A stretch of 64,000 nt of DNA from Candidatus Multivoradales bacterium (GCA_965223325.1 CBDCWI010000002.1:384001-448000), one strand, 5' to 3'; positions 30,369-41,120 are shown, numbered from the stretch's first letter. Numbers and translations are program-made. Notes: generated by a model from the letters alone, not told the origin.

Positions 30369-32858
30369 ATGCTGCGTTCCACCAGACGACTCTCTACCTT
30401 CGCTCGTTTCCTCCTGCTCGCGGCGGGAGCGCTACCGGCTACCTTCGCTGCCGCCCAGGTCGAGACTCCAGCCGCCCCTCTCGCAGTCAAAGACATCATG
30501 CGCCACCCCGACTGGCTGGGGCGCGCTCCCGAGACCGTGTGGTGGAGTGAAGACGGTTCGGCAGCCTGGTTCCTGCGCAAACGCGAGGGCTCCGAAGTCC
30601 GCGACGTGTGGACCTTCCAGGTCCGCGCGAACGGCGAGCCGAGCCCGCCGGCGCTCGTTCCGCCAGCTGACTACGAGAGCGTGCCGGGACGACGTGGAAC
30701 CTGGAGCGCCGACCAAAGTGCACGAGTGGCGGCCTGGCAAGGTGACATCTATCTGTGGAGAGACGGCGCCCGCCGGCAGCTCACCCGCACCGCCGAACGC
30801 GACAGTTCACCGTTCTTTCTCGGCGGCTCGAACAGCGTTATCGCCTACCAAACCGGCAACACCTGGACGACCCACGACCTCGGTCGTGGCTTGATCGGCC
30901 ACCCGTTCGAACTGCGCACCGAAGATGAGCCCGAAGAGGCTCGGCAGGAACGCGACGAGAAGGAGGGCTGGCTGGGCGAGCAACAGGAACGTTTGTTCGA
31001 CATTGTGCGCCAGCGAACTCAGGAGGAGCGCCAACAAGAGGAGTTCGAAGCCGCAATCAGGAGCGAAAGCACCAGCACACCCGACCCACCCTGGTACCTC
31101 GGCGACGACAAGGAAGTCGGTCTCAACGAGTTGTCTCCAACCGGCGAGCATCTGCTCGTCCACCTCCTGCCCGCCGACCGCCCCAAGGCAACGCGCACCG
31201 AGATGCCCGAATGGGTGACTGCCAGTGGCAATATCGAAACGCGAGAGGTGCGCGCGAAGGTCGGCATCCCGAAGCCCTTCGATTCTGAGGTCCTGGTGCT
31301 CGATCGCCAGAGGCACGAACAGCAGGTCCTCGACTTCTCGGGGCTCCCCGGCATTACCGACGATCCACTGGCTGAGATTCGGGCCGTACAGCAGGAGGCA
31401 GACGACGATGCACAAGACGACGACGAGAAAGAGCCGGAGCCGCGCCCGCTCCAGATTCGCGACATCCAGACCAGCCCCGATGGCCGCTACGCCATCGTGC
31501 AGGCACACTCGTTCGACAACAAGGATCGCTGGCTGGCGCTCATCATCCTCGAGACCGCAACCGTCGTTTCTCTCCATCACCTTCACGATCCGGGCTGGAT
31601 CAACTGGAGCTTCAACGACTTTGGATGGCTGCCCGACAGCTCGGGTGTGTGGTTTCTGTCCGAAGAGTCCGGCTGGTCCCAGGTCTATCGTGCCCTGCTG
31701 CCGACCCAAACGGATGACATAACGGCCGGCTCGATCACCATTGAGCGCCTGACCCGCGGTGACTTCGTGGTCTCGGAACCGCAGCTTGCGCGGGATGGCC
31801 GTACCCTCTACTACCGCGCCAACACCAACGATCCCAGCGTCTGGGAGATCTGGAAGCTCGATCTCGAAACGTCGGAGGCAACCCAGCTCACCAACCTCTC
31901 TGGAGATACGTCGGCCTACCCCTCACCAGACGGTCGACACCTGCTGCTCCTGTCTTCGACCACCAACCGACCGCCCGAGCTCTTCTTGCTCAGGAACGGC
32001 GACACCATCACTCCGGTGACCTCGACGATCACAGAGGAATACCTGGCGCGTGAGTGGGTCGAGCCGCGGCTGGTCGACGTGCCATCGAGCCACCAGAAGC
32101 GGCCGGTGCGTTCGCGGCTCTACCTGCCGGCAGCGGACGCCCCCAACCGAACGGCGGAGGGCAAGCGGCCAGCGGTGATGTTCGTGCACGGTGCTGGCTA
32201 CCTCCAGAACGCCCATGCCGGCTGGTCAGGGTACTTTCGCGAATTCATGTTCCACACCCTCCTGACCGAGCGCGGCTTCGTGGTTCTCGATATGGACTAC
32301 CGCGGTTCGGCTGGCTACGGGCGTGACTGGCGAACGGCCATCTATCGCCAGATGGGGCACCCGGAGGTCGAGGACCTCAAAGACGGGGCCGCCTGGCTGG
32401 CCGAGCACCACGACGTCGACCCCGAGCGCGTCGGGGTCTATGGTGGTTCCTACGGCGGTTTCCTCGCCTTCATGTCGCTGTTTACCGAGCCCGACCTCTT
32501 CGCCGCCGGCGCGGCTCTTCGGCCGGTCACCGACTGGGCGCACTACAACCACCCCTACACCTCGAACATTCTCAACACTCCCGAAGACGACCCCGAGGCC
32601 TACGCCCGCAGCTCGCCGATCGAGTTCGCCGACGGCCTTTCGTCGCACCTGTTGATCTGCGCGCCGATGTTGGACGACAACGTGTTCTTCCAGGACACCG
32701 TGCGCCTTGTGCAACGGCTCATCGAGCTCGAGAAGGAGAACTGGGACGTCGCGCTCTACCCGGTCGAAGCGCACGGTTTTCGCCAGCCTTCGAGCTGGCT
32801 CGACGAGTACCGGCGGATTCTCGAGCTGTTCGAGGAAAACCTGCTCGATTCGCTCTAG
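30369..32858 (+). CDS. S9-family (DPP-IV/prolyl oligopeptidase-like) secreted peptidase
   Basis: Signal peptide, propeller region, VHGAGY, DYRGSAGYG, GGSYGG nucleophile, DDNV, EAHGF. Confidence 0.93.
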   Translation: MLRSTRRLSTFARFLLLAAGALPATFAAAQVETPAAPLAVKDIMRHPDWLGRAPETVWWSEDGSAAWFLRKREGSEVRDVWTFQVRANGEPSPPALVPPADYESVPGRRGTWSADQSARVAAWQGDIYLWRDGARRQLTRTAERDSSPFFLGGSNSVIAYQTGNTWTTHDLGRGLIGHPFELRTEDEPEEARQERDEKEGWLGEQQERLFDIVRQRTQEERQQEEFEAAIRSESTSTPDPPWYLGDDKEVGLNELSPTGEHLLVHLLPADRPKATRTEMPEWVTASGNIETREVRAKVGIPKPFDSEVLVLDRQRHEQQVLDFSGLPGITDDPLAEIRAVQQEADDDAQDDDEKEPEPRPLQIRDIQTSPDGRYAIVQAHSFDNKDRWLALIILETATVVSLHHLHDPGWINWSFNDFGWLPDSSGVWFLSEESGWSQVYRALLPTQTDDITAGSITIERLTRGDFVVSEPQLARDGRTLYYRANTNDPSVWEIWKLDLETSEATQLTNLSGDTSAYPSPDGRHLLLLSSTTNRPPELFLLRNGDTITPVTSTITEEYLAREWVEPRLVDVPSSHQKRPVRSRLYLPAADAPNRTAEGKRPAVMFVHGAGYLQNAHAGWSGYFREFMFHTLLTERGFVVLDMDYRGSAGYGRDWRTAIYRQMGHPEVEDLKDGAAWLAEHHDVDPERVGVYGGSYGGFLAFMSLFTEPDLFAAGAALRPVTDWAHYNHPYTSNILNTPEDDPEAYARSSPIEFADGLSSHLLICAPMLDDNVFFQDTVRLVQRLIELEKENWDVALYPVEAHGFRQPSSWLDEYRRILELFEENLLDSL

Positions 32859-32887
32859 CCGAGCACCTCCGGTGGTACCGTCCCGCC

Positions 32888-34282
32888 ATGCAACTGGGTT
32901 TTGTTCTCGACCAGGGGGCCTGCATTGGCTGCCACGCCTGCACCGTCGCCTGCAAGGCGGAGAACGACGTTCCCCTGGGGTCGTTTCGGACCTGGGTGAA
33001 GTGGATCGAGAAGGGTGAGTTCCCAGAGACCCAGCGGGCGGCTGCGGTCTTGCGCTGTAACCACTGCAGCGATGCACCGTGCATCTCGATCTGCCCCACC
33101 GGAGCGCTGCACAAACTGGACAACGGCATCGTCGACCTCGACCCGCGCTCCTGCATCGGCTGTGCCTCGTGCCTCCAGGCCTGCCCCTACGACGCGATCT
33201 ACATCGACGACCGCGTGGGCACCGCCGCCAAGTGCCACTTCTGCGCCCATCGCATCGAGGTCCAGATGGCCCCGGCTTGCGTCTCGGTATGCCCCGAACA
33301 GGCGATCAAGGTCGTCGACATGGCGGCGCCCGGAATGCTCGTCGAACTCGCCGAGCGCGGCGCCACCGTTCGTAAGGCCGAGCGTGGCACCCGCCCGCAG
33401 ACTTCGTACCTGGGGGCCGATCCGGCAACCCTCGACCCGCTCGCCGTCGATGGCACGCGCACCCTCTCGCACGCCGAAGTGCCGAACCCGCTACCCGCTC
33501 CCGGCAACACCGACGCGCGTGCGGTGTACGACGTGCCGAGGAAGCGCCAGTGGGGCTCGAAGATCGCTGCCTACATGGTGACCAAGGCGATCGCCTCAGG
33601 GGCCCTCTTGTGCGCTGCGGCCAGCCCCTGGGTGGCACCGCTCGCCGCCGAGGCCCAGGCACTCGGCTGGATAGGGGTCATCTTCACCGTCATCACCGCC
33701 ATCTTGTTGGTCAGCGATCTGCACAAGCCCAGCCGTTTCTTCTACGTCTTGACCCGGCCCAACACCACGTCCTGGTTGGTCAAAGGTGGCTGGGTGATCA
33801 CCGCGCATGGCGCGCTTTCGTTCCTGTGGGCCGTCGGAGCCGGTGCCCGACCAGGGCTGGCGACGGGGCTCGCCGTCGCCTCGGTTCCCCTGGCGATCTT
33901 GATGTCGATCTATACGGCGTTCCTCTTCCGGCAGGCGCGCGGGCGTGAACTGTGGTCTGAAGACATCTGGCTGCCGGCGGTCCTCGCGGTGCAATCGCTG
34001 GTCTCGGCTGTCGCCATCGCTGGTTTCTTGGGGGTGTCGGTTCCGGGCGGCGTCTGGGCCTGGCTGCTCCTCTACCCGATCGTCATGCTGCTCTCATCCC
34101 TCTGGCCGCAACCCACCCACCAGGCGCGGGTCGCGCACGGGCTCATGCTCCGGCACCCGGCCTTCGCCGTCGGCGCGGTGTTCTCCCTTCTGGCGCTGGT
34201 CGTACCGGTCCTTCTCTTCCTCGCCTTCCTGTTCTTCGATTGGGTCTACGTCAGAGCCGGTCAGGAGGTCGCCCTGTCGTGA
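32888..34282 (+). CDS. Fused DmsB/NrfC-type 4x[4Fe-4S] subunit + NrfD/PsrC-type membrane anchor
   Basis: CIGCHACTVAC, CNHCSDAPCISICP, CIGCASCLQACP, KCHFC...PACVSVCP, then WGSKIAAY...DLHKPSRF...SWLVKG and multiple TM helices. Confidence 0.9.
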   Translation: MQLGFVLDQGACIGCHACTVACKAENDVPLGSFRTWVKWIEKGEFPETQRAAAVLRCNHCSDAPCISICPTGALHKLDNGIVDLDPRSCIGCASCLQACPYDAIYIDDRVGTAAKCHFCAHRIEVQMAPACVSVCPEQAIKVVDMAAPGMLVELAERGATVRKAERGTRPQTSYLGADPATLDPLAVDGTRTLSHAEVPNPLPAPGNTDARAVYDVPRKRQWGSKIAAYMVTKAIASGALLCAAASPWVAPLAAEAQALGWIGVIFTVITAILLVSDLHKPSRFFYVLTRPNTTSWLVKGGWVITAHGALSFLWAVGAGARPGLATGLAVASVPLAILMSIYTAFLFRQARGRELWSEDIWLPAVLAVQSLVSAVAIAGFLGVSVPGGVWAWLLLYPIVMLLSSLWPQPTHQARVAHGLMLRHPAFAVGAVFSLLALVVPVLLFLAFLFFDWVYVRAGQEVALS

Positions 34283-36990
34283 CCGACCAGAACCATCGCA
34301 CTCCGAAACCACCGCTTCCGTTCCTTCCCGAGGGCATGTGTAGAGCGCCACCACCCGAGCGCTGGGACGACTGGGAAGAGCTCGACCCCAGCGCCTGGCC
34401 GGAGCGCAAGAAGCGCAGTCTCAGGTTGGTACCGACGATCTGCTTCAACTGCGAGTCGGGCTGCGGTCTGCTCGGCTACGTCGACCGGGCAACCGGTGAG
34501 ACAACCAAGTTCGAGGGCAATCCGGCTCACCCGGGCAGCCGCGGGCGGGTGTGCGCCAAGGGGCCCGCGACCCTCAACCAGGTCAACGACCCGGATCGCA
34601 TCCTCTATCCCTTGAAGCAGAAGGGGAAGCGCGGCAGTGGCGACTGGCAGCGCGTCGACTGGGAGGAAGTCCTCGAAGTGATCGGCGGCCGCATCGGCCG
34701 CGCGCTGGCCGAGGACCGTCGTACCGAGGTGATGTACCACGTTGGAAGGCCGGGTCACGACGGCACCATGGAGCGCATTCTGCAGGCCTGGGGTGTCGAC
34801 GGCCACAACAGCCACACCAACGTGTGCTCGAGTGCGGCGCGTCTCGGCTACGTGGTGACCTGCGGTGCCGACCGGCCGTCGCCCGACTACGAGAACGCCG
34901 GCACGGTGCTGCTTCTGTCGTCTCACCTCGAGGCTGGCCACTACTTCAACCCGCACGCCCAGCGCATCATCGAAGGCAAACAGAAAGGCGCGCGCCTGAT
35001 CGTCATGGACCCGCGGCTCTCCAACACTGCCGCCAAAGCCGATCTGTGGTTGCCGACCTGGCCAGGTTCGGAAGCCACCGTCCTGCTCGCGATCTGTCGC
35101 GACCTTCTCGACCGAGGTTGTTTCGACCGCCAGCTTCTCGACGAGCACTCCAACTGGCGCGAGACTCTCGCCCACCTCAGCCCCGGGCAAGAGGCCGGGA
35201 GTTTCGACGACTTCATCGCCGCCTTCCGCGAGCACCTCGCCCCCTTCACCTTCGAGCGCGCCGCCCTGGAGAGCCGGGTCGACATTGAACGGCTGCGCAA
35301 GGCGGCGCGCTGGATTGGTGAGCGGCCTGGCGGCCTTGCCAGTCACGTCTGGCGGGGCCCAGCGACCGGCAACCTGGGCGGCTGGCAGATCGCCCGCGCG
35401 CTGCAGATTCTGAACATTGTCAGCGGCTCGGTCGGAACCGAGGGCGGCACAGCACCCAACTCGTGGCACAAGTGGAAGGCGGCCGCGCACATGAAGCCGG
35501 CGCCGCAAACGATGTGGAACGAGCTGCTCTACCCGCGTGACTACCCGCTCGCCTTTCACGAGCTCAGTCCCCTCCTGCCCTACCTGGTCACCCCCGAGAA
35601 CCGCGTCGATACATACTTCACGCGCGTTTTCAACCCGGTGTGGACTTACCCTGACGGAGTTGCCTGGATCGATCTCTTGCGCGACGAGGAACGCATCGGC
35701 CTGCACGCAGCCCTCACGCCCACCTGGAACGAAACCGCGCGCTACGCCGACTACGTGCTGCCGATGGGCCTCGCCTCCGAGCGCCACGACATCATGAGCC
35801 AGGAGACCCACGCCGGCGCCTGGATCGGTTTTCGCCAGCCCATTGCACGGGTACTCGCCGAACGCGACGGGAAACCAGTCGAGTTCACCTGGCAGGCGAA
35901 TCCTGGCGAGGTGTGGGAAGAGGAAGAGTTCTTCTTCGAACTTTCGTGGGCCATCGATCCGGAGGGAGCTCTGGGCGTCCGGCAGCACTTCGAATCGCCC
36001 TATCGCCCGGGAGAGAAACTCACCATCGACGAGCACTACCAGTGGATCTTCGAGAATTCGGTCCCCGGCCTACCCGAGGCGGCTGCCCAGGAAGGCCTCA
36101 GCGCGCTCGCCTACATGCGACGCTATGGCGCGTTCTCTGTCTCCGACCAGGTGTACGCGCTGCATGAGCCACGTGAACGACGTCCGATGGGCTCAGACGC
36201 CCAGGAACAGCGGCCCTTCAAGACCCCGAGTGGCAAACTCGAGATCTACTCCGAGACCCTCGCGACATGGGGCTGGCCAGAGTACGCGATGCCCGGTTCG
36301 ATCGAAAGTCATGTCGCACACCGCCGACTCGCTCCAGACGAGATGGTCCTCTTGCCCACCTTCCGTCTACCCACCTTGATTCACTCACGCTCGGCCAACT
36401 CGGAATGGCTGGCCGAAATCAGCCACAAGAATCCGCTCTGGATGCACCCCCAGGACGCCGATCGACTGGGCATCGCCGAACAGGATCTGGTGCGCGTCGA
36501 AACCGAGATCGGCCACTTCGTGCTCTACCCGTACATCACCGAGGGTCTGCTACCGGGAATCGTCGCCTGCAGCCATCACCTGGGGCGCTGGCATCAAAAG
36601 CAGGACAGAGACGCCTCGCGCTGGGCCAGCGCCGAGGTGGCGCTCTTGGTCGAAGGAGACACCTGGCGCTGGCGACGAACCGGCAGCCTCGAAGGGCAAT
36701 CGATCTGGTGGAGCGAAAGTGGAGTCCACCAGAACATCACCTTTCCGGTCCACCCTGACCCGATCAGCGGCATGCACTGCTGGCATCAGAAGGTCCGCGT
36801 GGGCCGCGCCGCGGAAGGCGATCGTTTTGGCGACATCCTGGTCGACCGCAAGCGCGCCCGCGAGGTGTATGAAAAGTGGCGCGCGATGACACGCGCGCCA
36901 CAAGGCAACCTCAGGCGGCCCCTGTGGATGGCACGCCACGTGCGCCCCGATGACAACGCCTACGCGCTGCCGCCCCACCGTGGCGACTGA
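34279..36990 (+). CDS. DMSO-reductase-family (Mo/W-bis-PGD) oxidoreductase catalytic subunit, no Tat signal
   Basis: CFNCESGC...CAKG, DPRLSNTA, ADYVLP, TPSGKLE, HSRSAN, MHPQDA; GTG start overlaps the previous stop, AGGAGG RBS. Confidence 0.9.
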   Translation: MTDQNHRTPKPPLPFLPEGMCRAPPPERWDDWEELDPSAWPERKKRSLRLVPTICFNCESGCGLLGYVDRATGETTKFEGNPAHPGSRGRVCAKGPATLNQVNDPDRILYPLKQKGKRGSGDWQRVDWEEVLEVIGGRIGRALAEDRRTEVMYHVGRPGHDGTMERILQAWGVDGHNSHTNVCSSAARLGYVVTCGADRPSPDYENAGTVLLLSSHLEAGHYFNPHAQRIIEGKQKGARLIVMDPRLSNTAAKADLWLPTWPGSEATVLLAICRDLLDRGCFDRQLLDEHSNWRETLAHLSPGQEAGSFDDFIAAFREHLAPFTFERAALESRVDIERLRKAARWIGERPGGLASHVWRGPATGNLGGWQIARALQILNIVSGSVGTEGGTAPNSWHKWKAAAHMKPAPQTMWNELLYPRDYPLAFHELSPLLPYLVTPENRVDTYFTRVFNPVWTYPDGVAWIDLLRDEERIGLHAALTPTWNETARYADYVLPMGLASERHDIMSQETHAGAWIGFRQPIARVLAERDGKPVEFTWQANPGEVWEEEEFFFELSWAIDPEGALGVRQHFESPYRPGEKLTIDEHYQWIFENSVPGLPEAAAQEGLSALAYMRRYGAFSVSDQVYALHEPRERRPMGSDAQEQRPFKTPSGKLEIYSETLATWGWPEYAMPGSIESHVAHRRLAPDEMVLLPTFRLPTLIHSRSANSEWLAEISHKNPLWMHPQDADRLGIAEQDLVRVETEIGHFVLYPYITEGLLPGIVACSHHLGRWHQKQDRDASRWASAEVALLVEGDTWRWRRTGSLEGQSIWWSESGVHQNITFPVHPDPISGMHCWHQKVRVGRAAEGDRFGDILVDRKRAREVYEKWRAMTRAPQGNLRRPLWMARHVRPDDNAYALPPHRGD

Positions 36991-37044
36991 CTCCCCCTTC
37001 CTCGCGGGGTCGCCTCACACCGCAAGGTGAGAACAGGAGATCCA

Positions 37045-37548
37045 ATGAAAGAGCTCATTCTCCTCCGGCATGGAAAGTCTGACTGGGGTGCAGAAGCCTC
37101 GAGCGACCACGAGCGACCGCTCAATCCACGCGGGCGGGAAGCTGCCGCGCAGGTCGGGCGCTTCCTCGAAACGAGCGGCCGCCGGCCGGACCGTATCGTC
37201 TCGTCGACCGCAGTGCGCGCTCGAACGACCGCCGAACGCGCCGCCGAGTCAGCCGGCTGGGCCGACCTCTCAATCGAGCTCGAACCGGCGCTCTACGGCG
37301 CCTCAGTCGACCAGGTCCTGGCTGTCGCCGCGGGCAGCGCTCCGACCGTCGAGCGCCTCCTGGTGGCCGGACACGAGCCGACCAGCTCGGACGTGGTGAG
37401 GCGGTTGACCGGTGCGCGCGTGCGCTTCCCGACCGCCAATCTCGCCTGCATTCGGCTGTTCATCACCGACTGGCGCGAGGCACCCAGCGCAGTTGGGGAA
37501 CTCTTGTGGATGTGCCCGCCAAGGCTGGCCAAGCCCTTCTTCGACTGA
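37045..37548 (+). CDS. sixA: SixA-like histidine phosphatase
   Basis: LLRHGKS, DHERPLNPRG, SSTAVRA, AGHEP; AGGAGA RBS. Confidence 0.85.
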   Translation: MKELILLRHGKSDWGAEASSDHERPLNPRGREAAAQVGRFLETSGRRPDRIVSSTAVRARTTAERAAESAGWADLSIELEPALYGASVDQVLAVAAGSAPTVERLLVAGHEPTSSDVVRRLTGARVRFPTANLACIRLFITDWREAPSAVGELLWMCPPRLAKPFFD

Positions 37549-37570
37549 AGGAGAAGGGCGCACTCACCCC

Positions 37571-37630
37571 GCAGTCTGTCTCCGTGCAGTCCGTCTCCGT
37601 GCAGTCCGTCTCCGCGTACTCAGTCTCCGC
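37571..37630. repeat. Tandem 15-bp repeat, about 4 copies (GCAGTCCGTCTCCGT consensus)
   Basis: Units at 37571, 37586, 37601 and a degenerate one at 37616 that includes the stop codon of the ABC permease. Confidence 0.85.
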
Positions 37631-40600
37631 GCAATGCCGGCAGCAGTTCGAAGCTCAAGGCGCGCCGGACCGCAGCGAGGCTCGCCAGGCTGCCGACCAG
37701 GAGGACCGCCAACAGGGTCATCGCGAGACTGAGCCAGGGAACCGAAGCGCTCTGCTCGAGCAGATGCGGCCAGACGGCGACCAGGGCCGCCAGCGTGCCG
37801 ACGACCATGCCGGCGATCAAGACCAGGCCGTTTTCGGCCATCACCATCGTCGCCAGGCGGCGACCGCGGAAGCCGACGGCACGCAAGAGAGCGAGCTCGC
37901 GCCGGCGCTCCATCACGTTGCGTAGCAGAATGACTGCCAACCCCAGCGTTCCGAGCAAGAGGCCCAACCCACCCAGCGCCTGAAAGGTCCCCAGGTAGGT
38001 GTTTTCGACCGCCTGGAAGGCCTGCAGACGGGCGGCCGTCGTCGTCACGTCCATTCCGAAGGAATCAAGACCTTCCTCGAGCGTGTTGGTGATCACCGCT
38101 CCGCTCCCGACCGGGGCATCGATCAAGAACGAGGAGTAGCCCTCGATTCCCGGGAAGTGAGCGAGGAGCTGAGATTCGGCGATCACCAGTTCACTTTGAA
38201 AGACACTCTTGCGCAGAAGTCCCACGATACGGAGCCGTACCGTCTCTCCGCGCGCGTTCTCGAACTCGACCTCCTTGCCGAGTCCCGACTTGAGGATCCA
38301 GCGCACCGAATTGGCGTCTCCAAAGGCCGGCACTCTGCCACCTTCGAGGTCTTGTTCGAGTAACGACCAGGGATTCTCCGGCGGGCTCTCGAGGCCGAAA
38401 CTCTCCAGGTCGAGACCGGAGAACGTGAAACCCCCGCGCTCGATCAACTCCCGCGGTGCTCCCAGGAGCCGCGGCTCACTTGGCTGATAGAGGTTCAAGC
38501 AGCTGACGTCGTCTCCGCTGCGCACCCGGAAGGGGACGATCGTCGACGACTGAAATGCCTCCTCACTCTCTCCGCCAGCCGGGAGACCGAGCTCGAAGCG
38601 CCCGGTGGGAGTGCCCAGATCGTGATGAACGGCGATGTCTGACTCCGCCAGCAGGCTGAAGCCACCCGCACCCGAGCTGCGCTCGCGCAGCTCCTCACCG
38701 AAACGCAGTCCGTAGGCTCCCACCGAAACGATGACGAAGCACGCCGAGGCCACCAGCGCCGTGCTCAAAAGACTCCGCCCGGGATGCAGTCCCGCGTTGG
38801 CAAATGCCAGGCGACTCGGGCGACCAAAGCCGGAGCTCACACCGCCCCACCGCCCGGGTCGCAACAACATCGCAACCACCGCCAGGCCAAAACCCAGGAG
38901 GGCCGCGCCGAGGCCGAAAAAGAGCGCCGGGGCGGCTGTGCTGGCAACGGTCATCGAGGCTGCCAACAGCAGAAGAGCCAACCCCAGGCAGACCGCCGCC
39001 ACCCAACGGGCGCGCGAGGTCGAGCGTTGCTCGCCGGCATCGTCACTGGTGACGCCCCGCAGGAGAGCGGGAACCGGTAGCGCCGCCAGGCGGCGCACGG
39101 CTCTTTGCACCGCAAAGAGAATCACCAGAAACGAAGCGATCGCGCCAATGAAGAGGCTCAGCGGGCTGATGAACAACTCGAGCCGCGTTGCACCGACTGC
39201 GCCGCGCCAAAGCGTGGTGAGCGCGAAGATCATGGTTGCGGCGTAGGCGACAGCCAGAGCCACTCCGAGAGCGACGCCGAGGCCACCGAGAAGAGCGCCC
39301 TCGCCCAGGAAGCGCAGGCGAACCCCCTTGATGCTCTCTCCGATCGCCAGGCGAAGACCGAGCTCCGCAGCGCGACTCTCGACCAGGAGGCGAAAGAATA
39401 AGCCCACCAGGAGCGCCGCGGCGGCGATCAGGAACATGCTGAAGCCCAAGAACAGGCCGGTAAAGTCCGTCGCACCGCGCGCAGCATCGAGACTGCTGGC
39501 CTTGATGTCCTGAACGGCCAGGCCCGCCGCCGCCAGCGGGATGATCTCCGGCAACTCGCGACGCAGCGTCTCATCGAGTTCAGAGGAACCTCCCTCTGCT
39601 GCGAGGCGAATCTCGCTGAGCTCACCAAACCGACTCGACCACATGGCGCGCGCCGTCATCGGATGCACGAAGGCTTTCGGTGCTCCGCGATAGGCGTCCC
39701 AGTACTCTTCGTCGACCGAACGAATCAGCGAGAGGTCCACCGGAAAGGTCGGCTCCCAGTCCGACATGTCATCGACGTCGGAGACGCCCGGGTAGTCGGG
39801 GGTCAGTTCAGGATCGGCGCCCAGGCCACTCTGGCTGAGGATTCCGGCCACTTCGAAGGAACGCACCCGTTCGATCAGCTGCTCACGCTCGCCAACCTCG
39901 AAGTAGGCCAGGCCGACGCGGGCTCCAGCCGACACGTCGAGATTCTGCGCGGCCCATTCGTTGAGCAGAATCTGATCGCGCTCGAGCTCGGGCGGAGTCG
40001 AACCGTCGGTGAGCTGCCACTCTCCCAGCGCCGGCGACAGCGGGGGCGCAATCGCAGAAACCGTTGAATAGGGGATCAGGTCGGGCTCATCGCGACCGTC
40101 TCCGAAGTCAGGCCGAACCTCGACGCCGCGATCACTGATCTTCCACAGCCGATTCGCCAGGTACGTCGACACCGGCATGCTCGCCCAGCCGCGTTCGCGG
40201 GCTAGATCGAGCACTCGCCGCTCGACTTCGGGGCGCAGGATGATCTCGCGACTCCGCAACGCAACATGGTCTTCCTGCGCATTGCCCGCTCTCGAACGAC
40301 GCACCAGGATCTCGAGCCCCAGGTCGCTTTCGCTCGCCTGGCGGGCGAGCGCCTTGCGGAGGGCATCGCCGGCTACGTTCGGGGCTTCCCCGGGAGCACT
40401 GATCAAGAGCGCGTTCACCAGGCCGCGCCGATCGAGGGCACGGACCAGGACCCGCTCTTCGGCGAACGCGACGCGCGCCGAACCGCTCGGGTTGAGCCGG
40501 AAGCTCCCGACTCCACGGTCGGAAATGACCTCTCGCACGGAGAAACGAATCGACCGCACCATTGCGCTGGGATCGGTGTCACCCATCAGGGTCTCGCGGG

Positions 40601-41108
40601 GAACGTCACTCGGGCGCTCGAGCGACAGGAGGACCTCGTCGCCGTTGGTCACTGCGAGTTCCTCGGCAAGCGTCTGGTTGATCACCACCGAAGGGAAGGC
40701 CTGGCCCTCGCGGCGCTCGAACGAGAACGGCGGCTCGGTCGCTTCCGGGTCGTAGACCGAAAAGAAGCGCTCGTCGATACCCTGGACGCCGACCGCCGAA
40801 GCACGACGCCCTGTCTCGGGCGAGCGCATGGCACCCTGGAGCACGATGGCCGGTGCGACCTGCACTTCGCCACTCGGAAGGCTCTCGCCGAGATCCGCCG
40901 CCAGTCGCTCCCCGAGGTCGGCGGTGACGAAGGGCTCAGAGAGAACCGCAAAGTCCACTCCACCGAGACGCTCGAGGGTCAGTTGCCGCAGGCTGCCGCG
41001 AACCGAGTCGCCAACCAGAAGCGCACCAGTGAGAACCGCCGTCGTCGTCGCCGCGGCAAGGACAACCGCGAGACTCGAGCGCCAATAGAACTTCTGGGTG
41101 TCGAGCAT
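37620..41108 (-). CDS. Large tandem MacB/FtsX/LolE-type ABC transporter permease
   Basis: Two FtsX-like C-terminal units (SRAAELGLRLAIG; ERRRELALLRAVG) and two large periplasmic domains. Confidence 0.88.
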   Translation of the reverse strand: MLDTQKFYWRSSLAVVLAAATTTAVLTGALLVGDSVRGSLRQLTLERLGGVDFAVLSEPFVTADLGERLAADLGESLPSGEVQVAPAIVLQGAMRSPETGRRASAVGVQGIDERFFSVYDPEATEPPFSFERREGQAFPSVVINQTLAEELAVTNGDEVLLSLERPSDVPRETLMGDTDPSAMVRSIRFSVREVISDRGVGSFRLNPSGSARVAFAEERVLVRALDRRGLVNALLISAPGEAPNVAGDALRKALARQASESDLGLEILVRRSRAGNAQEDHVALRSREIILRPEVERRVLDLARERGWASMPVSTYLANRLWKISDRGVEVRPDFGDGRDEPDLIPYSTVSAIAPPLSPALGEWQLTDGSTPPELERDQILLNEWAAQNLDVSAGARVGLAYFEVGEREQLIERVRSFEVAGILSQSGLGADPELTPDYPGVSDVDDMSDWEPTFPVDLSLIRSVDEEYWDAYRGAPKAFVHPMTARAMWSSRFGELSEIRLAAEGGSSELDETLRRELPEIIPLAAAGLAVQDIKASSLDAARGATDFTGLFLGFSMFLIAAAALLVGLFFRLLVESRAAELGLRLAIGESIKGVRLRFLGEGALLGGLGVALGVALAVAYAATMIFALTTLWRGAVGATRLELFISPLSLFIGAIASFLVILFAVQRAVRRLAALPVPALLRGVTSDDAGEQRSTSRARWVAAVCLGLALLLLAASMTVASTAAPALFFGLGAALLGFGLAVVAMLLRPGRWGGVSSGFGRPSRLAFANAGLHPGRSLLSTALVASACFVIVSVGAYGLRFGEELRERSSGAGGFSLLAESDIAVHHDLGTPTGRFELGLPAGGESEEAFQSSTIVPFRVRSGDDVSCLNLYQPSEPRLLGAPRELIERGGFTFSGLDLESFGLESPPENPWSLLEQDLEGGRVPAFGDANSVRWILKSGLGKEVEFENARGETVRLRIVGLLRKSVFQSELVIAESQLLAHFPGIEGYSSFLIDAPVGSGAVITNTLEEGLDSFGMDVTTTAARLQAFQAVENTYLGTFQALGGLGLLLGTLGLAVILLRNVMERRRELALLRAVGFRGRRLATMVMAENGLVLIAGMVVGTLAALVAVWPHLLEQSASVPWLSLAMTLLAVLLVGSLASLAAVRRALSFELLPALRGD

Positions 41109-41120
41109 CAGCGGTTGCCC

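Noticed and set aside
37571-37630. Possible mini-CRISPR
   Set aside because: 15-bp units are directly adjacent with no spacers, and there are no cas genes
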